Shown here piece after piece: positions 1 through 9,593 of a stretch of 64,000 bases of DNA (the stretch's first letter is position 1; every line of letters starts with the position of its first letter). Under the pieces are notes generated by a model. The model was not told the origin of the DNA. It searched no databases and was given only the letters and a program-made list of their open reading frames with translations. Position numbers and translations under genes: made by a program. Location: the sequence record PV796108.1, one strand, 5' to 3'.

Positions 1-9
1 TGTTATAAT
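1..9 (+). promoter_or_regulatory. extended -10 element (TG-T-TATAAT) upstream of first ORF
   Basis: tgttataat at 1-9, then RBS aaggaga and ATG at 31; -35 lies outside the window. Confidence 0.55.
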
Positions 10-30
10 AAAACAAAGGAGAGATTTTCC

Positions 31-402
31 ATGGGCTTAGTAAAAAACGAAACAAAACTTTATTTTCCAGAAGGTTTCATATGGGTACTGTATGATGCAG
101 GAGATGACCCAGATGGATATTGTATTGAAGTAGTAGGAGAAGATGGATTCGATGGTCCACTCCACACGATTGCAACTTGGACATTTGGTGATGGGGAAGA
201 TGCTCATGACATCTGGACTCGATGGGGCGATTATGTATCCGATAGATTTGAAGAAGTCGAAGGTGATACAGAAGCTTGTAAGAAGCTAATCGCTGAATTG
301 GACAAGATTGAATGTGATGCAAATGAACCAAAATTAAAACATCTATCTGATGTAATCAGTATTATGTTCATTGTTATGAATCATATGACGAGAGAGGGGT
401 GA
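31..402 (+). CDS. hypothetical acidic protein
   Basis: 123-aa ORF with RBS aaggaga. Confidence 0.75.
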   Translation: MGLVKNETKLYFPEGFIWVLYDAGDDPDGYCIEVVGEDGFDGPLHTIATWTFGDGEDAHDIWTRWGDYVSDRFEEVEGDTEACKKLIAELDKIECDANEPKLKHLSDVISIMFIVMNHMTREG

Positions 403-406
403 TGAA

Positions 407-745
407 TTGAAATTCGATTTTTATAGTGAGCCAACGTTTCATATTTATGAGACAACAGACTCTTTATTAAATGAACGAATCAATAAAATGTTAACTTCTA
501 AATTGAAAGAAGAAGTGAAAATCATTCTACAAACTACAAAAAGGAATGATGAATTAACATTTATCGCAAGTCCTGATACACTGTTATTACTTTCTGAAGA
601 GTATCATTTCCAAGATGATTGCGCTCCAAGACTTGTTGATTGCTTTATCATGGAATTATATTCGTTAGATGATACAGAGTATGATGGAGTCATGGTTTAT
701 AATGATATAAACGATGCAACGATTCACATTTACAAACGAGTTTAA
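407..745 (+). CDS. hypothetical protein
   Basis: 112-aa ORF, TTG start after gagaggggtga RBS. Confidence 0.65.
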   Translation: MKFDFYSEPTFHIYETTDSLLNERINKMLTSKLKEEVKIILQTTKRNDELTFIASPDTLLLLSEEYHFQDDCAPRLVDCFIMELYSLDDTEYDGVMVYNDINDATIHIYKRV

Positions 746-767
746 GGGACAAAGGGGAACAGAGAAG

Positions 768-1406
768 ATGCTTATTATCGCACTAGAGGGACTTGATAAG
801 TCTGGAAAATATTCGCAAGCAAAAGTCATCAAAGAATACTTAGAATCAAAAGGTAAGAAAGTTGCCACGTCTGAGTTTCATCGTTACGATACTCCAACAG
901 GTGATTTGATTTTAAAGTGGTTAACAGGTGAATATAATGTAAGCCAAAAGACAATCGAATTGATTATGGCAGCTGATAAACAAGCACAGCAAGAATGGTT
1001 TGATGAATTAGAAAAAGAAGGTTATGAGTATTTAATCCTAGACCGATATATTCATAGTCAGTATGCATACGGTCTAGCTACAGGCTCTGATAAAGAATGG
1101 TTAGATGAGATGCTTTATTTCTTACGAGAACCTGACATCGTTGTATATCTAGACATTGATGCTGAAACATCTATGTCTCGTAAAGGGAAACACAACAATG
1201 GTGAAAATGATAGATACGAAAGCGATAAGCTTTTACTTGAACACGTTCGAGAAATATATCAAAACTTTGCGAAGTTTGCAGATACACCTGAAAAATTCTT
1301 CCCTGGTTATCAATCTATTTTCACAATTGATGCAATGCAATCTCCTGAAGATGTAACAAAAGATGTTCGAGAATTACTAGAGCGACTCCTTCCCCATATA
1401 ATTTAG
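768..1406 (+). CDS. tmk: thymidylate (dTMP) kinase
   Basis: IIALEGLDKSGK P-loop, LDRYIHSQYAYG motif, PDIVVYLD; start moved to ATG 768 (RBS aaagggga). Confidence 0.9.
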   Translation: MLIIALEGLDKSGKYSQAKVIKEYLESKGKKVATSEFHRYDTPTGDLILKWLTGEYNVSQKTIELIMAADKQAQQEWFDELEKEGYEYLILDRYIHSQYAYGLATGSDKEWLDEMLYFLREPDIVVYLDIDAETSMSRKGKHNNGENDRYESDKLLLEHVREIYQNFAKFADTPEKFFPGYQSIFTIDAMQSPEDVTKDVRELLERLLPHII

Positions 1407-1442
1407 GGGTAGGGTCGTACATTTCGAATAAGGAGGTTAATC

Positions 1443-1910
1443 ATGAGTGTATTAACAATGGATGATGCAGAATGGTTAGAATGTAAAACACAATTGAAAG
1501 CAAAATTAAAAACGATTATGATTCCTTTAGATGTTACACCAGGTATTACAAAGGGATTATTAGCAAGAATTGATTCATTCTTTACCGATGTTCGTTTAGA
1601 AATTGGAGAAGTACAAGCCGTTAAAGAACGAACGGAAAGTCTTATTCGTGAGTGGGAACGTGAAAAGACTGAAGGTAAAAATGAAATGGATAGAAAAAGA
1701 AATGCGACAGTTGCACTTCAAAACTATCCAATCGGCAACAACGAAACAATCAACATGTATGACTATCATCGACAGGTGGTTGAACGATACAGTGTATTAC
1801 AGTCCATATTAGAGACTTTACAAGCCAAACAATCACGGCTAATCACAGTAACGGGAGTGTTGAAATTGGAAAAAGAGTTAACAGGAGCACAGGAAATAGG
1901 AGGAGCATAA
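1443..1910 (+). CDS. coiled-coil hypothetical protein (possibly UvsY-like recombination mediator)
   Basis: 155 aa, helical heptad pattern, RBS aaggagg; the UvsY resemblance is weak. Confidence 0.6.
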   Translation: MSVLTMDDAEWLECKTQLKAKLKTIMIPLDVTPGITKGLLARIDSFFTDVRLEIGEVQAVKERTESLIREWEREKTEGKNEMDRKRNATVALQNYPIGNNETINMYDYHRQVVERYSVLQSILETLQAKQSRLITVTGVLKLEKELTGAQEIGGA

Positions 1911-1964
1911 GAAAGCGGGGGTTCTGAACTCCTCTTTTCAAACATGAAAAGGGAGGAACGAACA

Positions 1965-2237
1965 ATGTTAATTAAAGAACATGCTGTCCGCAGATATCGT
2001 CAGCGTATCGGCAGCAAGAATACATCTAAATCAAGAGTGATACGCTCTATCCAAAAGGAGGTAAAGGATCGTGTTATCAAAAGAACACGTCCTAACTTGG
2101 AAGGTAAGTATTTTCTTCACACAAAGAATATAACTGCTGTATGCGTAAGAAACACAGTGGTTACAATCTTACCTCCAATTATCTTCAAGGAGAATAAAGA
2201 AGAGGCTTCTTCTGTAAAAGAAATACAATGTGTGTAG
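1965..2237 (+). CDS. small basic protein, DUF4258/BECR-fold-like
   Basis: HAVRRYRQRI N-terminal motif and C-terminal TVVTI strand; RBS gggagg. Confidence 0.5.
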   Translation: MLIKEHAVRRYRQRIGSKNTSKSRVIRSIQKEVKDRVIKRTRPNLEGKYFLHTKNITAVCVRNTVVTILPPIIFKENKEEASSVKEIQCV

Positions 2238-2243
2238 ATTCGG

Positions 2244-3005
2244 GTGAGTGACTTGTATAAATGTACAAAAGAGATTCATGACAAATGCCAGAACAATTCT
2301 TTATGTCATCTATGTGATGGCGAATCATTATATCGTAATGACATAGAAGCAAAAGCTGAACGGAAAGAAGCTTATCGAGAACAACAAGCGGAAGAAGATA
2401 AGTATTTCAAAGTTCATAAGAAAGAAAAGAAGGAAGGTATGGGATTTGAAAAACGAGTAGCTGGTAAGTGGAACTCTTTCATGGGTGGAAACACCAAGAA
2501 GAAGAAAGTAGCCAAGCCACGACTAGATGCATTGTTTGAGGACGAACCAGAAGAGGAAGTTAAACCAAAGGTTCCGAATCAAAGTCTTATACCTTCTAAG
2601 TTACCAACGCAGATACCAAAGAAGACAACAGTAGTTGGTCGAGGTAGTAAGAATGAAGCAAAGCGACAAGCTAACTCAGGTGCTATGTGGTATGCAAAAG
2701 GTGACATCACTTTGGAATTTGCATTAATGGAATGTAAGGAACGAGGAAGTAAGAATGCTCGTGGTGAAAAACAGATTACCATACCGAAACTTTGGCTAGA
2801 TAAACAAGAAGCTGAAGCCAATCAGGAAGGTAAGAGTTATTGGTATTTACCGTTTGGATATAAGAACTCTGACGAGATTTACCTAATAAAACCATTTGAC
2901 CACGAACTAGAATTTGTTGCAGAATTAAGAAGACTACAGGCAGAAAATGAAAGTCTTCAGCAACAATTAGAGGAAGCGCAACAAGCGAAAGAAGGGGAGA
3001 AGTAA
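2244..3005 (+). CDS. PD-(D/E)xK nuclease, Hjc-type Holliday-junction-resolvase-like, with N-terminal Cys cluster
   Basis: GMGFEKRVA...SGAMWYAKGDI...LMECKE motifs; N-terminal C-x7-C-x5-C-x2-C. Confidence 0.7.
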   Translation: MSDLYKCTKEIHDKCQNNSLCHLCDGESLYRNDIEAKAERKEAYREQQAEEDKYFKVHKKEKKEGMGFEKRVAGKWNSFMGGNTKKKKVAKPRLDALFEDEPEEEVKPKVPNQSLIPSKLPTQIPKKTTVVGRGSKNEAKRQANSGAMWYAKGDITLEFALMECKERGSKNARGEKQITIPKLWLDKQEAEANQEGKSYWYLPFGYKNSDEIYLIKPFDHELEFVAELRRLQAENESLQQQLEEAQQAKEGEK

Positions 3006-3006
3006 A

Positions 3007-3237
3007 ATGACTGAGAAAGTATATCCAGTCGAATTTAAGTTTGGCGGTACATTGCATATCCAAGCAAAAACCCCAGAGGAAGCGGAAGAAATTGCATATA
3101 ATATTCTCGACAAACAGAAACATGAAAAAGATTATATCCATACGCTTAAACCTTATGTGTATAAGGATGTCATCGAAGAAGATGCTGAAGATTTAGCAGA
3201 CTTCTTGAAGTATAGTGACAAGCCTGATAACGTTTAG
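3007..3237 (+). CDS. hypothetical protein
   Basis: 76-aa ORF with RBS gaaggggag; AKTPEEAEEIA motif common in small phage proteins. Confidence 0.7.
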   Translation: MTEKVYPVEFKFGGTLHIQAKTPEEAEEIAYNILDKQKHEKDYIHTLKPYVYKDVIEEDAEDLADFLKYSDKPDNV

Positions 3238-3248
3238 GGGGAAGTAAC

Positions 3249-3593
3249 ATGGAGCTAGATCGAGACGAGATTATTTATCTAAAGTTAATGTTGATAGCAG
3301 GGGAAAGTTACATGGCTATTCGACAAAGAATGGGAACGAACTGCACTACAATTCATAAGATTGCTACATCCCAAATGTATGACGTAGTTCATGTACCTGA
3401 ATTTGACGAAGCCATGGAAGAACGTATACAAATGGTGAACAAACATTTTCCTATGCTAAACGAGAAAGAAGTTTCGGAACTCTGCATTGGAAGATATATG
3501 GGTGATAGTATTATGCACCTATCAGAGAAATATGGTATATCTTCGCAGTATGTGCAGGATATTATTAAGAAGTACAAGGAAATTTACATCTAA
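3249..3593 (+). CDS. tandem HTH DNA-binding protein
   Basis: two HTH-like segments (GESYMAIRQRMGTNCTTIHKI; GDSIMHLSEKYGISSQYVQDI). Confidence 0.65.
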   Translation: MELDRDEIIYLKLMLIAGESYMAIRQRMGTNCTTIHKIATSQMYDVVHVPEFDEAMEERIQMVNKHFPMLNEKEVSELCIGRYMGDSIMHLSEKYGISSQYVQDIIKKYKEIYI

Positions 3594-3605
3594 GGAGTGA
3601 TACAC

Positions 3606-3827
3606 ATGCGAAGACGATTAACAAAGGATGAAGCAGTCTTGGTCAAACTGATGTTAATGGGCGGAGAAACTTACAGTGAGATTGAAAAGAAAATGAATCT
3701 TACTGGTGCAAGCATTTCCGATATCGTCCATGAGCGTTCTCATAAAGAAGTATTTGTTCCAGGTTTCGTAGAAGAAATGCGACTTCGACTACGACGACCA
3801 AACCACAGTTCTAAAATGAAAAAATAG
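3606..3827 (+). CDS. HTH DNA-binding protein, paralog of upstream gene
   Basis: LTKDEAVLVKLMLMGGETYSEI aligns with LDRDEIIYLKLMLIAGESYMAI; RBS aaggagtga. Confidence 0.65.
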   Translation: MRRRLTKDEAVLVKLMLMGGETYSEIEKKMNLTGASISDIVHERSHKEVFVPGFVEEMRLRLRRPNHSSKMKK

Positions 3828-3837
3828 AGGTGTTAAT

Positions 3838-4011
3838 ATGAGAATGCATGAAGACTTTCATAGATGCCTGAAGTGCAATCATCCCTGGTTTGTTGAAAAG
3901 ACCAGGGTTGTTTTGCATGAATCATCTACGACAAACGAAGTAGTATTTAAACAACAAGAAAAAACATATGTATGTGAGTCATGTGAGACTCCGTTCAAAC
4001 AGGAGGCATAA
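3838..4011 (+). CDS. 57-aa zinc-ribbon protein (not in ORF track)
   Basis: MRMHEDFHRCLKCNHPWF...YVCESCETPFKQEA; RBS gaggtg. Confidence 0.7.
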   Translation: MRMHEDFHRCLKCNHPWFVEKTRVVLHESSTTNEVVFKQQEKTYVCESCETPFKQEA

Positions 4012-4013
4012 CA

Positions 4014-4406
4014 ATGGATGAGTATAAAGAGTTAGTACAAAATATGTTTGGAAGAAAAGCAGAAGTTGTGGAGGAAGGACCAGCAACAGTTAAGTTCACT
4101 CCGAAGATGGTACTTCTTACTCCCGAAGAAACATCTGAAGCAACTGCAATTGGATACAAAGAATTGGAAGCGGTTCATATTGAATTAGATAAGTGTATTG
4201 AATCATTTGCAGACACTGGTATCTATCAATGCTTACAACCATACTTCCAAGATTTATTAGATGCAATGCAAGATGTAGAAGAAATCTTAGATAACAATAT
4301 TGATGAATCACAACTGACGGAAGCTGGTAAAGAAGAGAATGAAAAGCTGAAGTCAAACCGTAGTCATTTGTTACGATTCTTACTAGAAAATAATTCTAGA
4401 AAATAA
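4014..4406 (+). CDS. hypothetical protein
   Basis: 130-aa ORF with RBS aggagg. Confidence 0.75.
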   Translation: MDEYKELVQNMFGRKAEVVEEGPATVKFTPKMVLLTPEETSEATAIGYKELEAVHIELDKCIESFADTGIYQCLQPYFQDLLDAMQDVEEILDNNIDESQLTEAGKEENEKLKSNRSHLLRFLLENNSRK

Positions 4407-4415
4407 GTCTAATTG

Positions 4416-4444
4416 TTTCCTTGACTAGTAGATTATGGTATACT
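4416..4444 (+). promoter_or_regulatory. putative promoter, class 2 (TTTCCT-N17-TATACT, extended -10)
   Basis: attatgg-tatact; same motif at 10581-10609 and 21411-21439. Confidence 0.6.
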
Positions 4445-4475
4445 TGCAGTAGCTCTTAGGAGAGGAGTATTCAAC

Positions 4476-4754
4476 ATGGAAGAACAAGAACTGAAAACTT
4501 CTTTGGAAAAAGTCGCATACCTAATGGATGCATTTCCTGAAGCAAGAAATAACTACGCTTTCTTATTACTAGCATACTGGAAAGTGTTTGACGATATTGC
4601 AATTCCACACTCCTTATTTTTAGAAATAATGGATAAGGCTACTCAACCAGAAACGATTAGTCGGGCAAAGCGCAAAGCAAAAGAATTTGCTACAATGCGT
4701 GCATTTTTAGAACAACAAAAGAAGGCGGAGGCATCGGACAAGGCAATGGCTTAA
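4476..4754 (+). CDS. hypothetical protein (possible winged HTH)
   Basis: 92-aa ORF, RBS aggagaggag; PETISRAKRK motif. Confidence 0.7.
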   Translation: MEEQELKTSLEKVAYLMDAFPEARNNYAFLLLAYWKVFDDIAIPHSLFLEIMDKATQPETISRAKRKAKEFATMRAFLEQQKKAEASDKAMA

Positions 4755-4774
4755 ATCAAGGGAGGATTTATCCG

Positions 4775-5011
4775 TTGGAGTCCAGTTCATACTTAGGTCG
4801 TTCTCGTGGATATTTAACGAAGGGGGCGAAGTACAAAGAACGCTACGTAGAAAATCAGTGTCCAGAGTGCGGGAATGCACGGTCATATGAAGACAAATGG
4901 CACACTGGTACAAACTACACATGTCTAAAGCGCTCTTGTCGCCATCAATGGTTTGTATCTAAAAAGAAACAAGAAGAATTAAGAAATTTATATCCAGAAG
5001 ACATGGAGTAA
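4775..5011 (+). CDS. zinc-ribbon protein
   Basis: CPECG...CLKRSC; TTG start with RBS gggagg. Confidence 0.65.
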   Translation: MESSSYLGRSRGYLTKGAKYKERYVENQCPECGNARSYEDKWHTGTNYTCLKRSCRHQWFVSKKKQEELRNLYPEDME

Positions 5012-5055
5012 GAGGACAATCCTTTTACTCTTTTATTCTGAGGAGGAGAATCAAC

Positions 5056-5640
5056 ATGACTCAAGTTAGGGGAAAATTTACACTTATCACAGGAACAATG
5101 TTTGTTAAGAAGTCACTTTGGTTATTAGACCAAATCAAACAAGCTAAGAAAGATGGTACATATTATTTATGTATCTCAACAACAAAGCATGAAATTAAAT
5201 CAAGAGCATCAGAGTTTGTAGTACCAGCAGCTCAAATTAGTCCTGATGACCCAATGGAATTACAAGACTTACTAAAGACTTGTTACCAAGAACATGGTGA
5301 GTATCCAGAAATCGTATTCATTGATGAGGTACAATTCATTCATGCATCTGGTATTCGTGTTTTAGATTGGATGTTATCAGAAGGCATTAATATTGTAGCA
5401 GCAGGATTAACACATGATTTCCGTCATCAAGTTTTCCCTATCATCCAAGACATCTTTAAGTATCAGATTTTATCTGCACGCTTAGAGCACGCAATGAAAT
5501 GTCAAATATGTAATGAGAAAGAAGCAACCCATAATCAGCGCTTACTGTATGGACAACCGAATACAACAGGTCCACTGATTGCACTAGATGGTGATGTCTA
5601 TACGTATGAAGCACGTTGTGGAGATTGCTATCAGTCCTAA
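5056..5640 (+). CDS. tdk: thymidine kinase (TK1/bacterial type) with atypical P-loop
   Basis: LITGTMF..KS, VFIDEVQF, AAGLTHDFR..VF, zinc lasso CQIC...YEARCGDCY. Confidence 0.85.
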   Translation: MTQVRGKFTLITGTMFVKKSLWLLDQIKQAKKDGTYYLCISTTKHEIKSRASEFVVPAAQISPDDPMELQDLLKTCYQEHGEYPEIVFIDEVQFIHASGIRVLDWMLSEGINIVAAGLTHDFRHQVFPIIQDIFKYQILSARLEHAMKCQICNEKEATHNQRLLYGQPNTTGPLIALDGDVYTYEARCGDCYQS

Positions 5641-5652
5641 GGGGGATGCAAT

Positions 5653-6168
5653 ATGATTACAGCTGAAGGTATGTTTTTATTAAGCAAAGATCGAAATGGA
5701 GAATGTTACTTCATTAAACGTGATAATCGTATGTATAATATACAAGCGATGAAGCGAGTGAATAGTCCATCTAGAGATTGGTTCCATATTGGAGACACAA
5801 TTAATCTTGGTGGAGGAACTATTACTGCAAGCACTTTACGAGATGGTGTGATTCGTGCTACTGGTATTCCTGATGAAGTAGGTGTTGTACCATCACAACC
5901 TGCACGAGTAAGTACTGTAGCTGCTAATGGAGATGTGACTCTAAGAGTTGGTACAGATGATGGTGTTGTTAATCATGCGGAACCACAGTACTATCAATTT
6001 TCATTTAAAAAAGGTGACAGTATGCAAACACTTGCTGTTATGAAGCGTTTCGATGAAGAAACTGAAAGTCAATTTCTAACCAGATTTTATGAATTCTTAA
6101 ATATACTTGCACCATATAACAATGACGATGCTCTTACTTCTATGCGACATGAGGAATCTTTAAGTTAA
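5653..6168 (+). CDS. hypothetical protein
   Basis: 171-aa ORF with RBS aggggga; TAATG overlap with next gene. Confidence 0.7.
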   Translation: MITAEGMFLLSKDRNGECYFIKRDNRMYNIQAMKRVNSPSRDWFHIGDTINLGGGTITASTLRDGVIRATGIPDEVGVVPSQPARVSTVAANGDVTLRVGTDDGVVNHAEPQYYQFSFKKGDSMQTLAVMKRFDEETESQFLTRFYEFLNILAPYNNDDALTSMRHEESLS

Positions 6169-7916
6169 TGATAAGCATTCGCTTTCAAGACCCTTATATT
6201 ATTTTAAAAACGGAAGGGCATTTAGCAAGTAATTTATACAGTGATTTTATGATGTTCGTCGAGCATAGCGGCGGCATCTTTAATCCAAATAAGTATGAGT
6301 GGTATGTACCAAAAGAACATATCGACACCATGCTGAATCACTTTCATGAAAGACATCTGGTTTGGTTTACTTCTATAGAAGAAATAAAAGGACTGACGGA
6401 ACATCTTGTTCCTCAGTTCACTTTTTCGGACAAACATCTTGATACGATGAAACTATCTCCATTCCCGTTCCAAGCTATCGGTATTAGTTTCTTAGCTGAA
6501 ATGAAACGATGTATTATCGGTGACAGTATGGGATTAGGAAAAACATTGCAAGGACTTGGTGCCTTTCATAAGTTATATCAAGATGGAATTGTAACAAAAG
6601 CAATTGTAGCTTGTCCGACCTCACTCAAGTATCAGTGGGAAGAAGAGATTGAAAAGTTTACTGGTTATAAAGGATTGGTTGTAGATGGTACAACAAAGAA
6701 ACGTATGGGTATATACGAGAAGTTCCAATCATCTAATGACTATCAGTTCTTATTAATCAATTACGAGCTTGTAAGAAACGATATTGATGTATTGAAAGAT
6801 TTTCATTTTGATGTTCTAATATGTGATGAGGCACACAGGCTTAAAAACCGTGCAGCTAAACTTACTAAATCAGTGAAACAAATCAATGCCGATTATCGTT
6901 TCGCATTAACAGGAACACCATTACAGAACAGAGCAGACGAATTGTTTTCTTTATTCGAGGTAATTAATCCTGATGTACTTGGTTCATTTACTGAATTCAA
7001 AAAGAAGTATTTGGTTTATGGAACTAAGTTCAATCGTAGGGGTGTTCTTATTGGCTACAGGAAGCTTGGCGAACTAAGGAAGGCAATTGCACCTTTCCTA
7101 TTACGAAGGCTGAAGGAAGACGTATTAGATGATTTGCCACGCATCATGTATCGGAAGATCGAAGTGGATATGAATGAAACACAATTCAAGCTACAAGAGA
7201 TTTTGAAAAACAATGCGGCAGCTTTATCAAATGAGTTAGCTGAATGGTATGAAACCAATGAAACAGAACACCCAAAAGAAGGGCAGATTATGGGTTATCT
7301 AAACTTAATGATGGCTGTAGCTGACCATCCTTTATTGTTCCGATTAAGTAACTCGAACATGGTAAAGAATTATCATCAATACATTCCAGCTGATTGTCGC
7401 TCACCAAAGCTTGATGAATTAGTTGAAATGGTAGAGCAGTTGTTAGAAGACCCGAAAACGAAGATAGTTATCTTCACACAGTTTGCAAGGATGCAAGGAG
7501 TTATCTTAGATAGCCTGGCACCATTTGCAGAGTGTGTAGCTATTAACGGTTCGATGACTGCAAAGCATAGACAGCAAAGTTTATCAGACTTTAGAGAGAA
7601 GCCGTTCATCCGTGTTATGGTTTGTACTGATGCAGCTAATTACGGATTAAATATGCAGTTCGCAAATGTTCTTATTCATTATGACTCTCCTTGGAATCCT
7701 GCTACAAAGGAACAAAGGGATGGTCGTATCCATCGTATTGGTAGTACTCATGAATCCGTAACGATATATTCAATGGTTACAAAGGATAGTATTGATGAAA
7801 CGATACAGGAAGTAATGAAAGAGAAGACTGCTTTATCGAATCAGTTAGTAGAAAATAATGCAGCTGGTCGTAATGCACTAAAAGAATTAATGAAGTTAGC
7901 AACGGCAGGGGGATAA
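6168..7916 (+). CDS. SNF2-family (SF2) helicase/ATPase
   Basis: GDSMGLGKT, LICDEAH, LTGTP.QN..DEL, RRLKEDV...LP, helicase-C motifs GLNMQ and WNP...QRDGRIHRIG. Confidence 0.95.
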   Translation: MISIRFQDPYIILKTEGHLASNLYSDFMMFVEHSGGIFNPNKYEWYVPKEHIDTMLNHFHERHLVWFTSIEEIKGLTEHLVPQFTFSDKHLDTMKLSPFPFQAIGISFLAEMKRCIIGDSMGLGKTLQGLGAFHKLYQDGIVTKAIVACPTSLKYQWEEEIEKFTGYKGLVVDGTTKKRMGIYEKFQSSNDYQFLLINYELVRNDIDVLKDFHFDVLICDEAHRLKNRAAKLTKSVKQINADYRFALTGTPLQNRADELFSLFEVINPDVLGSFTEFKKKYLVYGTKFNRRGVLIGYRKLGELRKAIAPFLLRRLKEDVLDDLPRIMYRKIEVDMNETQFKLQEILKNNAAALSNELAEWYETNETEHPKEGQIMGYLNLMMAVADHPLLFRLSNSNMVKNYHQYIPADCRSPKLDELVEMVEQLLEDPKTKIVIFTQFARMQGVILDSLAPFAECVAINGSMTAKHRQQSLSDFREKPFIRVMVCTDAANYGLNMQFANVLIHYDSPWNPATKEQRDGRIHRIGSTHESVTIYSMVTKDSIDETIQEVMKEKTALSNQLVENNAAGRNALKELMKLATAGG

Positions 7917-7931
7917 ACCTCCTGCTTTTTT
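7905..7931 (+). terminator. intrinsic terminator
   Basis: GCAGG(G)GG-ataa-a-CCTCCTGC stem followed by T6. Confidence 0.7.
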
Positions 7932-7952
7932 ATGTACAAGGGAGAGAGAGTC

Positions 7953-8585
7953 ATGTCATACTTTATACAGTTCCCTGATGAGGAACTATTAACAGAGGAA
8001 GAAAAAATGATTAAAGACAATATTGGTCTTGTTAAGAAATCAATTGAACAGATATTTCCGAACATCCAATTGATTGCTGATAATCATCGCATGGACATCG
8101 AAGATTTATATCAAGTTGGTATGACTGGATTATGGTTAGCAGCAAGACGCTTTGATACGAGCAGGAATTTAAAATTCTCTACATATGCAGTAGCCACAAT
8201 TAAAGGATACGTATACAATCATATACGTGACAGTGGATATATGCTCAAGTTTCCTGCTGAAGTTCCAGCTAAAATTAGAAAACAGTACAAGGTTGTTGGT
8301 GAACTTGTAAAAGATGCGAGTGGCGAAATCATTAACTTAGAAGAGTTTATGCCATTAGTTGAACCACCAAGCAAGACTGTTGATAGAAAACTAGATGCTC
8401 TTCGTCATCGAGAAGAACTTCGACCAATGTTTTCAGACAAAGAAAATACTGTTATTGATTTAATGGTAGAAGGTGTTGAGCTGAGAGATGTACATAAACG
8501 ATTAGGTGTATCTCGTCAGTTAGTTAACCTTCGCAAACAAAGTATCGTAAAGAAAATGAAAGCAAGACAATTGTTACCACAGTAA
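7953..8585 (+). CDS. RNA polymerase sigma factor (sigma70 family, SigF/SigB-like region 2)
   Basis: NIGLV...DIEDLYQVGMTGLWLAARRFD..RNLKFSTYAV..IKG; C-terminal region-4 HTH. Confidence 0.9.
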   Translation: MSYFIQFPDEELLTEEEKMIKDNIGLVKKSIEQIFPNIQLIADNHRMDIEDLYQVGMTGLWLAARRFDTSRNLKFSTYAVATIKGYVYNHIRDSGYMLKFPAEVPAKIRKQYKVVGELVKDASGEIINLEEFMPLVEPPSKTVDRKLDALRHREELRPMFSDKENTVIDLMVEGVELRDVHKRLGVSRQLVNLRKQSIVKKMKARQLLPQ

Positions 8586-8598
8586 AGGAGAGATTGAT

Positions 8599-8979
8599 AT
8601 GTTCGATGATTATGCTTTAAAATTAGCGAAAGAACTAATCCCAGGCAAAGAAGACTGGGTATATGACAAACTTATTTGGGAAATTCCGTATTATCCTTTT
8701 GCAGACCAGCACAAAGTAAAAGAAACACTGGAAGATTTCAAAAAAGGATTCGAAAAGTTTAATGACAATTATGAGCCATGGGTTCACATTATGAAATCCC
8801 ACATACTTATCGTACGTGAAGGACAAATCGTATTGAAAACGAATGCAAACATTGGAGTTCTATTCGAAATTTTTGATACGGATGCACCACGTACAGCACA
8901 ACAATTAGAAGATACGTTAAAGGAATATGGTTACAATGCGTATTGTGATAAGGTGGAGCACGTATGGACTATCCGATAA
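8599..8979 (+). CDS. hypothetical protein
   Basis: 126-aa ORF with RBS aaaggaga. Confidence 0.75.
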   Translation: MFDDYALKLAKELIPGKEDWVYDKLIWEIPYYPFADQHKVKETLEDFKKGFEKFNDNYEPWVHIMKSHILIVREGQIVLKTNANIGVLFEIFDTDAPRTAQQLEDTLKEYGYNAYCDKVEHVWTIR

Positions 8980-9167
8980 GAGTAGGCGATAGAGTTCATA
9001 TTGAAACATTGGAAGCAAATGGTTGGGGACGAGTGACATTCATTGATACTGCTCGTCTTCTTTCTCATCATACATTTCCGATTCAATTAGAATTAGAACA
9101 ACCATATGATGATAGTGGTCAGGTTGTATATCGTGTCAGCTTAGAAAACATTAAAGAAAAGGAGTGA
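8964..9167 (+). CDS. small SH3/KOW-like beta protein
   Basis: IRVGDRVHI...GWGRVT pattern. Confidence 0.6.
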   Translation: MDYPIRVGDRVHIETLEANGWGRVTFIDTARLLSHHTFPIQLELEQPYDDSGQVVYRVSLENIKEKE

Positions 9168-9171
9168 TGAA

Positions 9172-9579
9172 ATGACAACAATTAAATACATTGTTGAAAT
9201 TGAAGTAGATCAAGATGAGATTTCTGTTAGTAGTGAATTATATACTAGAGATGCACTTGAGAGATTATTAGTTTCTCCATATGGTAAAAACTTTACCCGC
9301 ATCAATGAAAAGTACACAAGTGTTAGTGTTGACATTTATGAAGCAGAAGACCCTGAAAAACAAATCATTGAGAAGACTGTTAAAGATGAGTATCGAGACA
9401 TCTTAGCAAATGACGACGAGGATGAAGTTGCAGAGTTGGAAATAGATGATTTAGATTTCATTGTAAGACATATATGGTATGACCATGGAATAGAAGCCAA
9501 TGAACATATTGTAGATGAAATTAGAGCTTCAATTCGTGGAGCCATGGAAGATAAATTGGAAAAACAATTAGGTAACTAA
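9172..9579 (+). CDS. hypothetical acidic protein
   Basis: 135-aa ORF with RBS aaggagtga. Confidence 0.7.
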   Translation: MTTIKYIVEIEVDQDEISVSSELYTRDALERLLVSPYGKNFTRINEKYTSVSVDIYEAEDPEKQIIEKTVKDEYRDILANDDEDEVAELEIDDLDFIVRHIWYDHGIEANEHIVDEIRASIRGAMEDKLEKQLGN

Positions 9580-9593
9580 GGGGAGAAATTATA

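Noticed and set aside
4421-4444. Canonical sigmaA promoter TTGACT...TATACT
   Set aside because: Spacer is only 12 nt; reinterpreted as an extended -10 promoter with -35 at 4416-4421
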